From positions 2,010 to 34,009 of the forward strand of contig CAZMGA010000006.1 in NCBI GenBank assembly GCA_964565725.1: a stretch of 32,000 bases of DNA, read 5' to 3'. Shown here piece after piece: positions 24,982 to 32,000 of the stretch (positions are counted from its first letter, which is position 1; each line of letters opens with the position of its first letter). Source of the stretch: an uncultured archaeon. Its GTDB lineage: Archaea; Iainarchaeota; Iainarchaeia; Iainarchaeales; 0-14-0-20-30-16. Below the pieces are notes generated by a model. That model had not been told where the DNA came from and did no database searches. It saw nothing but the letters and a program-made list of their open reading frames with translations. The position numbers and the translations under genes were made by a program.

Positions 24982-26427
24982 ATGAATGAATTAAATAATT
25001 TAGCATTAAGAAGGAATATTATTTTTCCATGTAATGAAATTTATCCTAATAGTCCTGCTGGATTTTATGATTACGGCCCAATTGGTTTAAAAATAAAAAA
25101 TAATTTAATAAATTTTTGGAGAAAAGAATTTTTAGAGGATTTAAATGCTTTAGAAATTGATGGTTGTCAAATACTTCCAGAACCAATTTTTAAAGCATCA
25201 GGACATTTAGATGGTTTTTTTGATCCTGTTTTAAAATGTTCAAAATGTGGTTTGTTTTATAGAGCCGATAAATTTTTAGAAAGTAAAAATATAGTTATAG
25301 GTGAAAAAACACCTTTAAATGAAATAGATTCTATAATTAAAGACAATAATTTAAATTGTGAAAAATGTAAATCCCATTTTGAAAAAGCATTTCATTCTAG
25401 TTTAATGTTTGATTTAAATATTGGAACTAATAAAGATAAAGGATATTTGAGACCCGAAGCTTGTCAGAACATATTTTTAGATTTTTTGAGAATTTATAAA
25501 GGTTCTAGAAGAAATTTACCTTTGCCTATAGCTCAAATTGGTAAAGCGTTTAGAAATGAAATAAGCCCTAGAAATGGAATAATAAGAGGTAGGGAATTCA
25601 CTCAAATGGATATAGAAGTGTTTTTTGATCCTTCAGAAATTAATAATTTTGATTATTCTAAATATTTAGATTTAGAATTGCCAGTTTATTTATTAAATGG
25701 CAAAGACCAAGAATTTATTAAAATAAAAGACTTAATTAATAGCAAGAAATTAAATTATGGTGTAGAAATTTATTACATTATTAAAGAATATTTATTTTTT
25801 GTAAAAATGGGCATAACTAAAGAAAAAATGAGATTCAAAGAAGTATCTATAGAAGATAGACCGTTTTATTCTTTAACTACATGGGACTTTGAAGTATACG
25901 TAAAGGATTTAGGTTGGGTTGAACTAGTTGCTAATAATTATAGAACTGATCATGATTTAAAAGGTCATCAAGAAGTATCTAAAACAAAATTAGAAGTAAT
26001 TAGTAATGATAAAAAAGTATTGCCACACGTTTTTGAAATTTCTATGGGTACAGATAGAATATTATATTCTTTATTAGCTAATAATTTAGAAGGTAATGAT
26101 GAAAAGTTAGTTTTAAAGTTAAATGAATACATTACGCCTTATCATTTAGCAATATTTCCTTTGGTAAATAAAGATGGATTAGATAATATTGCTAAAAACA
26201 TATATAATTTATTAAATAAGCATTATTCTGTAATTTATGATGATAAGGGTAGTATTGGTAAGAGATATGCTAGAGTAGATGAAATAGGAGTAAGATATTG
26301 TTTAACTGTTGATTTTGAGTCGAAAGAAAAAAATACTATAACTATAAGAGATTCTTGGACTACTAAACAAGAAATAATTAACATTTCTGAAATAGAAGAT
26401 TTTTTGGTAAAAAAATTTAAAAATTAA
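24982..26427 (+). CDS. glyS: Glycyl-tRNA synthetase (archaeal/eukaryal alpha2 type)
   Basis: LALRRNIIFPCNEIYPNSPAGFYDYGPIGLKIKNNLINFWRKEF and FRNEISPRNGIIRGREFTQMDIE are GlyRS class II motifs. ATG 24982 is preferred because AGTGAT lies 4 nt upstream; the listed GTG 24973 lies inside that SD. Confidence 0.9.
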   Translation: MNELNNLALRRNIIFPCNEIYPNSPAGFYDYGPIGLKIKNNLINFWRKEFLEDLNALEIDGCQILPEPIFKASGHLDGFFDPVLKCSKCGLFYRADKFLESKNIVIGEKTPLNEIDSIIKDNNLNCEKCKSHFEKAFHSSLMFDLNIGTNKDKGYLRPEACQNIFLDFLRIYKGSRRNLPLPIAQIGKAFRNEISPRNGIIRGREFTQMDIEVFFDPSEINNFDYSKYLDLELPVYLLNGKDQEFIKIKDLINSKKLNYGVEIYYIIKEYLFFVKMGITKEKMRFKEVSIEDRPFYSLTTWDFEVYVKDLGWVELVANNYRTDHDLKGHQEVSKTKLEVISNDKKVLPHVFEISMGTDRILYSLLANNLEGNDEKLVLKLNEYITPYHLAIFPLVNKDGLDNIAKNIYNLLNKHYSVIYDDKGSIGKRYARVDEIGVRYCLTVDFESKEKNTITIRDSWTTKQEIINISEIEDFLVKKFKN

Positions 26428-26591
26428 TAATAAATTACGGTAATTATTTTAAAGGAAAACGTTAAAAAACTTAATAGTAATTACTTTTTTGTTAAGAAAA
26501 AGTAATAAAAAACATTAAAAAGTTAAAAAAGTTAAATAAGTTTTTTTTAAATAAACTCATATTATTATAGTATAAGAAACTCTTATTAAAA

Positions 26592-26665
26592 GGGTTTTCC
26601 TTCCGACTCTAAAACATTGTGTAAAAGGGGAGCTAAACTGTTGCAACAGGTCCCTGGCTTCCCTA
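26592..26665 (+). ncRNA. Candidate small structured RNA of unknown class (GC-rich island in the longest intergenic spacer)
   Basis: This stretch stands out sharply from the A/T-rich flanks. GGGGAGC (26628-26634) pairs over 7 bp with GCTTCCC (26658-26664), including a G.U pair that would be an A.C mismatch on the other strand. The stem encloses the palindrome ctgttgcaacag. A TATA-like ttttaaataaa lies about 40 nt upstream and an oligo-T (atttt) downstream. Confidence 0.25.
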
Positions 26666-26716
26666 AAAAAACAAATTTTGTAGATTTATTTATAATCATA
26701 TAAGTTATATTTATTT

Positions 26717-28075
26717 ATGCCAAAAAGCAAGCCTAAAGAAATCAATAGAAGAAAAGAAGAAATAAAAATAAAAAAGTCTACAAAGATAAAAGTAGATATA
26801 AAATCTAGTTTTAAAGAGAATTTAGAGTTAATATCAAAAAGGTTGTCTATTGATAAAAATTTGAATGTATTTAATTCTAAATTAATAAAAGATTATTTAG
26901 ATTTTTCAAAATCTATAGGTATTAGAGAATTAGATGCTAAAAAAATATTATTTGATTCTATTTTTGATAAAATTAAACATAATTCAATACTTTTAGATAA
27001 GCTACATAACTATTTTAAAGAGTTTGTTAATAAAGATGTTTTATTTAGGCTTCATATAATTAATAATTACTTAAAAAATAAAAATTATAAAATTGTAGAA
27101 GAATTATTATTAAAAACTTTTAGTAGGTTTAATTTAAGGATAGAAAATAGCGATTTAATTCCAATTTTGCAAAGTGTAAATTATTTTCATATCTTATTGT
27201 CAGAATATAAAGTAAATGAATTAATAATTAAGGCTTATACTGGCACAATTAATAAATTAAATAGTTCATTAAAAAAATTAAATCTTTCTGAAGAATATAA
27301 AAATAAAATAAATGAATTAAATAATAAAATTTTAGATATCTTCTCTAAAAATTATAATGAATTATCTTTAGAAAAACTAAAAAAAGAGGTATACATAAAT
27401 GAAGATTTATATAAACAAGGTAAAATGACTATTACTGAATATGAAGGTTTTATATTAGATACTTTTTCAATTGCTAATAAATTAGGCTTAAATAAGTTTG
27501 CTTTTCAAATATTAAAGAAATTATCTAAGAATTATAAAAACGAATTGTTAATAACGCTTTTAAACGCAGAATCAGGTAATTTTGAATTGGCATTTAAAAA
27601 TTTAAATAGATTAAAAAGTAATCCTACTTTTAAAGAAGAATTATATTTTAATATAAAAGAAATATTAATTTCTCATGTAAATACAAAAAATAATTTTGCT
27701 ATTGAAAGATTATATAAATTTGTGAACTTAATTTTTAATAAATATATCCCTATTGATATTGAAGCACATTTTTTTGATGCTTTTTTGAATACTAATAATT
27801 TTGAATATTATTTTGTAAGTATAAAAAGATTTAAGAAAAATATGTTATTAGAATCAGATGGTTTAGATGGTTTAATAGATGAGTGTTTTTCTTCTTATTT
27901 TAAAGCTTATGATAAATTTAAAGATCCAGCTATAAAAAATATTTTAGTTAAAGAATTATTAAATTTAAAAGAAATTACTAGTAATTCAGGTAATATTTCA
28001 CCTTATGTCAAAAATCATTTGAAACATCTACAAGAACTTTTACAAGAACTTATTGAATTAAGAAAAGCTAATTAA
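26717..28075 (+). CDS. Hypothetical all-helical protein with a basic N-terminus
   Basis: 452 aa ORF, leaderless by position, with the TATA-like gatttatttataat about 25 nt upstream. K/N/L-rich with repeated amphipathic helices. No family recognised. Confidence 0.5.
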   Translation: MPKSKPKEINRRKEEIKIKKSTKIKVDIKSSFKENLELISKRLSIDKNLNVFNSKLIKDYLDFSKSIGIRELDAKKILFDSIFDKIKHNSILLDKLHNYFKEFVNKDVLFRLHIINNYLKNKNYKIVEELLLKTFSRFNLRIENSDLIPILQSVNYFHILLSEYKVNELIIKAYTGTINKLNSSLKKLNLSEEYKNKINELNNKILDIFSKNYNELSLEKLKKEVYINEDLYKQGKMTITEYEGFILDTFSIANKLGLNKFAFQILKKLSKNYKNELLITLLNAESGNFELAFKNLNRLKSNPTFKEELYFNIKEILISHVNTKNNFAIERLYKFVNLIFNKYIPIDIEAHFFDAFLNTNNFEYYFVSIKRFKKNMLLESDGLDGLIDECFSSYFKAYDKFKDPAIKNILVKELLNLKEITSNSGNISPYVKNHLKHLQELLQELIELRKAN

Positions 28076-28911
28076 AGATTATCTAACGGATTTTTTGTTT
28101 TTTTAATTTCGTCATTACTTACTTTAGTATATATTTGAGTTGTAGATATATTAGAATGACCTAATAATGTTTGAATTGTTCTTAAATTTTCACCAGAATC
28201 CAATAAATGGGTAGCAAAAGAGTGCCTTAAACAATGTGGGCTCACATCTTTTTGGATATTAGCTAATTTAGCAGATTCTTTAATTATTTTTTCAATTGTA
28301 TCTGTTGAAAATGGTTTGCCATTAAGCTTTGCGAAGACATATTCAGAGCTATATTTCTTATTATATTTTAATCTATACTTATTATAGTTTATAATCCATT
28401 TTTTTGATAAAATAATGTTTCTATCTTTATTACCCTTGCCTTCTATTACTTTTCCAATAGCATTTTCAAAATCTAAATCATTTATTTTTAATCTACATAA
28501 TTCAGATACTCTTAATCCAGAACTATATAACAATTCTAACATTAGACGATTTCTTATATCTTTAGTTTGTTCGAATAATCTTTTTGTTTCTTCTTTTGTT
28601 AATACTGTAGGCAAATATTTTTCTTTTTTTGGTAATTTAAAATCATCCATTATATTTAAATGTAAATATTGTTTATATAAAAATTTTATAGCAAAAAAAA
28701 TCATTGACAAAGAAGTATTTTTAACATTTTGTTTCTTTTGGGCTAGGTATTTTATAATAAATTCCTTAGTTTCTTTTTTATCTAAAGTATAATCTAAATT
28801 CTGATTTTTAGCAAATTTTAAAAATTCTGAAATATATAATAAATACTGATTTATTGTTTTTTCAGTATAACCTCTAATAATTAATTCGTTTTTTATTTTT
28901 TCTAAATCCAT
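28072..28911 (-). CDS. xerA: Tyrosine recombinase XerA (archaeal XerC/D homolog)
   Basis: 279 aa. SGLRVSELCRL (Arg), HCLRHSFATHLL (HxxR), LLGHSNISTTQIYTKV (His and catalytic Tyr). N-terminal SAM-like core-binding domain. Confidence 0.9.
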   Translation of the reverse strand: MDLEKIKNELIIRGYTEKTINQYLLYISEFLKFAKNQNLDYTLDKKETKEFIIKYLAQKKQNVKNTSLSMIFFAIKFLYKQYLHLNIMDDFKLPKKEKYLPTVLTKEETKRLFEQTKDIRNRLMLELLYSSGLRVSELCRLKINDLDFENAIGKVIEGKGNKDRNIILSKKWIINYNKYRLKYNKKYSSEYVFAKLNGKPFSTDTIEKIIKESAKLANIQKDVSPHCLRHSFATHLLDSGENLRTIQTLLGHSNISTTQIYTKVSNDEIKKTKNPLDNL

Positions 28912-28930
28912 AATACAAAAACTATAAAAA

Positions 28931-28947
28931 CTATAAATAGGTTTTCT
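28931..28947 (-). promoter_or_regulatory. BRE/TATA promoter for xerA, leaderless
   Basis: The minus strand reads AGAAAAC-CTATTTATAG, centred about 24 nt upstream of the xerA ATG (28911). Confidence 0.45.
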
Positions 28948-29110
28948 TTATACATAATTTAAAATTTTAGTATCTTTTTTAATAAAAAGTTAACTATAAA
29001 TTTGATTTATATATATTTTGTTAAAAATTCCTTCGTAAAAAATCGGGATAATAAAGATTATGCCGAATTTTAGTTAATTTTATAAAAAATAGAGTTTTAA
29101 ATAAGAAAGT

Positions 29111-29138
29111 TATGTAGATAACGTTAATTATCTACTTT
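29111..29138. other. dif-like 11-6-11 imperfect inverted repeat (candidate XerA site or 3' hairpin)
   Basis: TATGTAGATAA-CGTTAA-TTATCTACTTT. The inner 8 bp of each arm are perfectly symmetric and 9 of 11 positions match overall. It spans the stop codon of the 29124..29480 gene, 200-227 bp upstream of the xerA start. Confidence 0.3.
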
Positions 29139-29480
29139 TATTGTAAATTCTTTTTTATATTCCTTTTCAATATAATTATAATCTTCAGTATGTTCTGTGA
29201 AAATTATTCTTGCAGGAAAATCATGAGGTACTGTTTGAGTTTTTGGAAAAATATCAAAATAATAAATTTTTGTTTTATTAGCCTCAATTTCACCTAATTT
29301 TCTTTCTAAACTGTTAGCTAAACCAGTCTTTTCAACACTTAAATATTTACTAACTAAAAATTTTACTGATATTAATTTAGTAATATCTGAATTATTAGTT
29401 ATTTCTGCTCTTAAAGATACTGGTTGTTTATTACTTAAAGACATTCTGAAAGGCAGTAATACTGTTTTTATTGTTAACAT
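29124..29480 (-). CDS. Hypothetical protein (beta-sandwich-like by eye)
   Basis: 118 aa ORF with a GGGTGAT Shine-Dalgarno site upstream. No family recognised. Confidence 0.5.
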   Translation of the reverse strand: MLTIKTVLLPFRMSLSNKQPVSLRAEITNNSDITKLISVKFLVSKYLSVEKTGLANSLERKLGEIEANKTKIYYFDIFPKTQTVPHDFPARIIFTEHTEDYNYIEKEYKKEFTIKVDN

Positions 29481-29560
29481 TTATATCACCCATATTATAT
29501 ATATAATATTATAAGTATAATATATAATAAGTATTTAAAAGTTTTGTGTCTGATTATACT

Positions 29561-30367
29561 ATGTTAACATTAATTTTATCTAAAAATAATGAGTTTAGTA
29601 ATATATTATTTAATTATCTATTAGATAATAGTTTATTAACTAATGTAAATGAATTGTATTACTATAACAATATACCTATAAAATTTTTTGACAATTTTTT
29701 AGATATTAAAGATTCTGAATTAGAAAATAATGAATATATTGTGTTATCTAGTCATAAATCTACGACTCAAACAGAAGATTCTATTTCAATTCACTTTCCT
29801 GGTAATTTTAATACTGCTGAATTATTTGGAGAAAATTATAAATTATCTTTAGCAAATATAAATTATTTTAATAAGTTATATCATATTTTAAAAAATAATA
29901 TTAATAAAGATTTGAAATTTTGGATAGAAGTAACTCATCATGGGCCTAGTGTAAATAAAGAAATAATGTTTTATGAAATAGGGCCAAATTCTAAGGCTTA
30001 TAATAATAAAGATTATATTAAGTATTATTTAGATTGTTTAAATAAATGTTTAAATATAACTCCAAAATATAATAATTACATTTTAATTGGTGCACCACAT
30101 TATATTGATTTAGAATTTATTGAAAGAATTGAAAGAAAAACAAACTTAAAAGATATTTGTTTTTCACATATAATCCCAAAATATGCCTTAATTGAGATGT
30201 TAAATTTAGATGATTCAAAATTAGAGCTAATTTTAACAGAAACAATTAATAAATCACAAGTAAATAAGATTATATTAAATTCTGATTATATTAAATCTAA
30301 ATCCAGATTAAAAGCAATTTTAAACAATATAAATTTAAAAAATAACATAGAATTAATTATTATGTAG
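29561..30367 (+). CDS. dtdA: D-aminoacyl-tRNA deacylase, archaeal DtdA type
   Basis: LSSHKS...SIHFPGNF, IEVTHHGPS, IGAPHY and FSHIIPKYA correspond to the conserved blocks of Pyrococcus-type DTD. ATG 29561 is preferred because the TATA-like gtatttaaaag lies about 24 nt upstream; GTG 29546 is the listed start. Confidence 0.8.
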   Translation: MLTLILSKNNEFSNILFNYLLDNSLLTNVNELYYYNNIPIKFFDNFLDIKDSELENNEYIVLSSHKSTTQTEDSISIHFPGNFNTAELFGENYKLSLANINYFNKLYHILKNNINKDLKFWIEVTHHGPSVNKEIMFYEIGPNSKAYNNKDYIKYYLDCLNKCLNITPKYNNYILIGAPHYIDLEFIERIERKTNLKDICFSHIIPKYALIEMLNLDDSKLELILTETINKSQVNKIILNSDYIKSKSRLKAILNNINLKNNIELIIM

Positions 30368-30375
30368 GGGTTATT

Positions 30376-30932
30376 ATGAAAATATATTTTGTTACAAACA
30401 ATAAGAATAAATTACAAGAAGTTATTGAAATTATAGATAATAAAGAGATTATTATTGAAAATATTAATGTTGATTTGCCAGAAATACAAGAATTAGATTC
30501 TATAAAAATTATTCAAGAAAAATTAAATTATGCTAAAGATCTACCAGAATTAAAAAATAAAATGTTTTTTGTAGAAGATATTCGTTGTGTTTTGAAGAAT
30601 TAAATGATTTTCCAGGACCTTTAATAAAATGGTTTTATAAAGTTTTAGAACCAAATAAAATATTTGATATTGTAAAAAGTAATCCTAAAGCAAAAGCAAA
30701 AGTTATAATTGGTTATTTTGATGGTGTTAATTCTCATTTTTTTCAAGGAGTTATTTCAGGAAATATAGTATCCCCAAGAGGAAATAATGGCTTTAATTGG
30801 GATGTAATATTTCAGCCCCTAGGATATTTGAAAACATTTGCTGAAATGGATAACTATGAAAAAAATTTTGTTAGTATGCGAAGATTAGCTACTTTGGAAT
30901 TCAAAAAATTTTTAGAACAAAATTTAAAATAA
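30376..30932 (+). pseudogene. Non-canonical NTP pyrophosphatase (ITPase, Ham1/RdgB family) split by a single-nucleotide frameshift
   Basis: ORF 30376..30603 (KIYFVTNNKNKLQEV...FFVEDI) and ORF 30585..30932 (LCFEELNDFPGPLIKWF...) are the two halves of one ITPase. The join falls at gat-att-cg/ttg-tgt (30577-30590). A -1 step, or restoring one T, gives VEDISLCFEEL, which matches the family VEDTSLCFxAL. Confidence 0.8.
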
Positions 30933-30973
30933 AAAAAAAAGAAAGGATAAACAAAAGTTTATCCTATATTATT

Positions 30974-31741
30974 TTATTTTTTAGCTTTTTTAGTTGTTTT
31001 CTTTTTAGTTGCTGGTTTTTTAGTAGCTACAGGTTTTTTAGCTTTAACAGGTTTTTTAGCAACTACTGGTTTTTTAACTGCTGTTTTTTTAGCTTTAACA
31101 GGTTTTTTAGCTGCTACTGGTTTTTTAGCAACAGGTTTTTTAACTTTAACAGGTTTTTTAGCAGTTGTTGATTTTTTAACTGTTTTTTTCTTCATTCCAA
31201 ACATTTTACCTTCCTCCTCATATGGTAAGCATAATAAATCATCTAATTCATGTTCTGAATCATTTAAATCTATAGCATCATTGAATAAATCTTCAGATTC
31301 TAACCAATCTTCATCAAAATCTATTTTATTCTTGGATTTATTCTCCTTTTTTGGTTTGCTTTCTATGATTTCAGCATCTAATTTTAAGTCTTTTAATAAA
31401 TCTACAATTTCTTCATCATCTACTTCATCAACATATTTTTCTAAAAGTAAATTATATAATTCTTCTTCTAACATATCTATTCTTTTTTCTAAATATTCAA
31501 TGTGATTTAAATTAGCTATATCTCCTTTTTTTAATTTATCTCCTACAAAATTTTCTATTTTACTGTCTATATGTAAATTAAACTTATTTTTTCTATCATA
31601 AATTAAATTGGCTAATTCTACACCTTGTTCTTTTGTAATGAATTTTGATTCTTGTAATTTTTTTACAAATTCTTCTATTTGTTTTTTATTTAAATCATGT
31701 GCCCCTAAACCTATAATTATTCCTTTTTTTAATAACTCCAA
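30974..31741 (-). CDS. Phasin-like (COG3937-type) N-terminal domain protein with acidic linker and histone-H1-like KKPV repeat tail
   Basis: 255 aa, TTG start (31741) with GAGGTG 5 nt upstream. The N-terminus LLKKGIIIGLGAHDLNKKQIEEFVKKLQESKFITKEQGVELANLI fits the phasin-like pattern. A D/E-rich middle is followed by about 60 aa of (A/V)KKPV(K/A) repeats. Confidence 0.6.
   Translation of the reverse strand: MELLKKGIIIGLGAHDLNKKQIEEFVKKLQESKFITKEQGVELANLIYDRKNKFNLHIDSKIENFVGDKLKKGDIANLNHIEYLEKRIDMLEEELYNLLLEKYVDEVDDEEIVDLLKDLKLDAEIIESKPKKENKSKNKIDFDEDWLESEDLFNDAIDLNDSEHELDDLLCLPYEEEGKMFGMKKKTVKKSTTAKKPVKVKKPVAKKPVAAKKPVKAKKTAVKKPVVAKKPVKAKKPVATKKPATKKKTTKKAKK
30980..31190 (-). repeat. Imperfect tandem coding repeats (15-18 nt units; a 21-nt block recurs 51 nt apart)
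   Basis: On the + strand, ggttttttag(c) recurs about 10 times. agctttaacaggttttttagc occurs at 31040-31060 and 31091-31111. These encode the KKPV tail of the gene above. Confidence 0.7.
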
Positions 31742-31858
31742 TTTAACACCTCTTTAATTGAATAAATTTATAAATCATATAGGTAATAAAAAAAGCATTT
31801 ATATACTTTTCTGTTTTTTAGTATTATTTTTAACAAAAATTAAAAAAAATGATTTATA

Positions 31859-32000
31859 TGTTTAATAAAAAAAAGATTTTTTTACAAAGCTTTGGTTTAA
31901 GTTTAAAATATTTTAAAAAAGATTTTTTACTAAATTTTTTTTATAGTTTAATTTTCTTTTTATTAATTTATTTTGAATATGTTATAATCATTTTAGTACC
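31859..32000 (+). CDS. 5' end of a hypothetical membrane protein, running off the window
   Basis: The ATG at 31859 opens a frame (MFNKKKIFLQSFGLSLKYFKKDFLLNFFYSLIFFLLIYFEYVIIILV) with no stop before the window end. Hydrophobic. Confidence 0.25.

Noticed and set aside
26592-26665. GC-rich island as a tRNA, tRNA half, C/D box or H/ACA sRNA
   Set aside because: No acceptor/T-arm cloverleaf, no GTTCRAATC-like T-loop, no RUGAUGA/CUGA boxes and no pocket-plus-ACA geometry could be fitted on either strand. It is kept only as an unclassified RNA candidate.
28415-28792. 125 aa + strand ORF inside xerA
   Set aside because: It is antisense to a recombinase whose catalytic residues are all present, so it is a shadow ORF.
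30980-31190. Regular ggttttttag periodicity that superficially resembles a repeat array
   Set aside because: The units are 15-18 nt, contiguous and in frame, and they encode the KKPV tail of the 30974..31741 protein. There are no spacers, so this is not a CRISPR array or a non-coding satellite.

Overview
Very AT-rich, gene-dense archaeal chromosome segment with about 40 genes and short spacers. Genes have GGTGAT/GAGGTG Shine-Dalgarno sites or leaderless TATA promoters, and several use TTG starts. Archaeal hallmark genes dominate. They include Kae1, Pth2, thioredoxin, MCM, a presenilin-like protease, ribosomal L1-P0-P1, an FtsZ-SecE-Spt5-L11-like operon and TBP. Also present are an MscS channel, ValRS, GlyRS, XerA, DtdA, and the AMP phosphorylase / ribose-1,5-bisphosphate isomerase pair. 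The composition, small divergent proteins and many asparagine/lysine-rich orphan membrane or surface proteins suggest a reduced, DPANN-type archaeon; this is inference only. I found no rRNA, tRNA, CRISPR array, transposase or obvious defence system. Items worth a second look: (1) three nucleotide-metabolism genes look damaged: a phosphoribosyltransferase missed by the ORF track, a frameshifted ITPase and a truncated Nudix; (2) a strongly degenerate L11 sits in a rearranged L11/L1 cluster, next to a P0 that lacks its C-terminal tail; (3) a GC-rich island in the longest intergenic spacer may be a small structured RNA; (4) a dif-like 11-6-11 inverted repeat lies about 200 bp from xerA; (5) a tightly packed four-gene orphan cluster encodes two zinc-ribbon proteins, a large surface protein and a small membrane protein; (6) one protein has a phasin-like N-terminus and a histone-H1-like KKPV repeat tail. 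None of these can be confirmed without database searches or read data.
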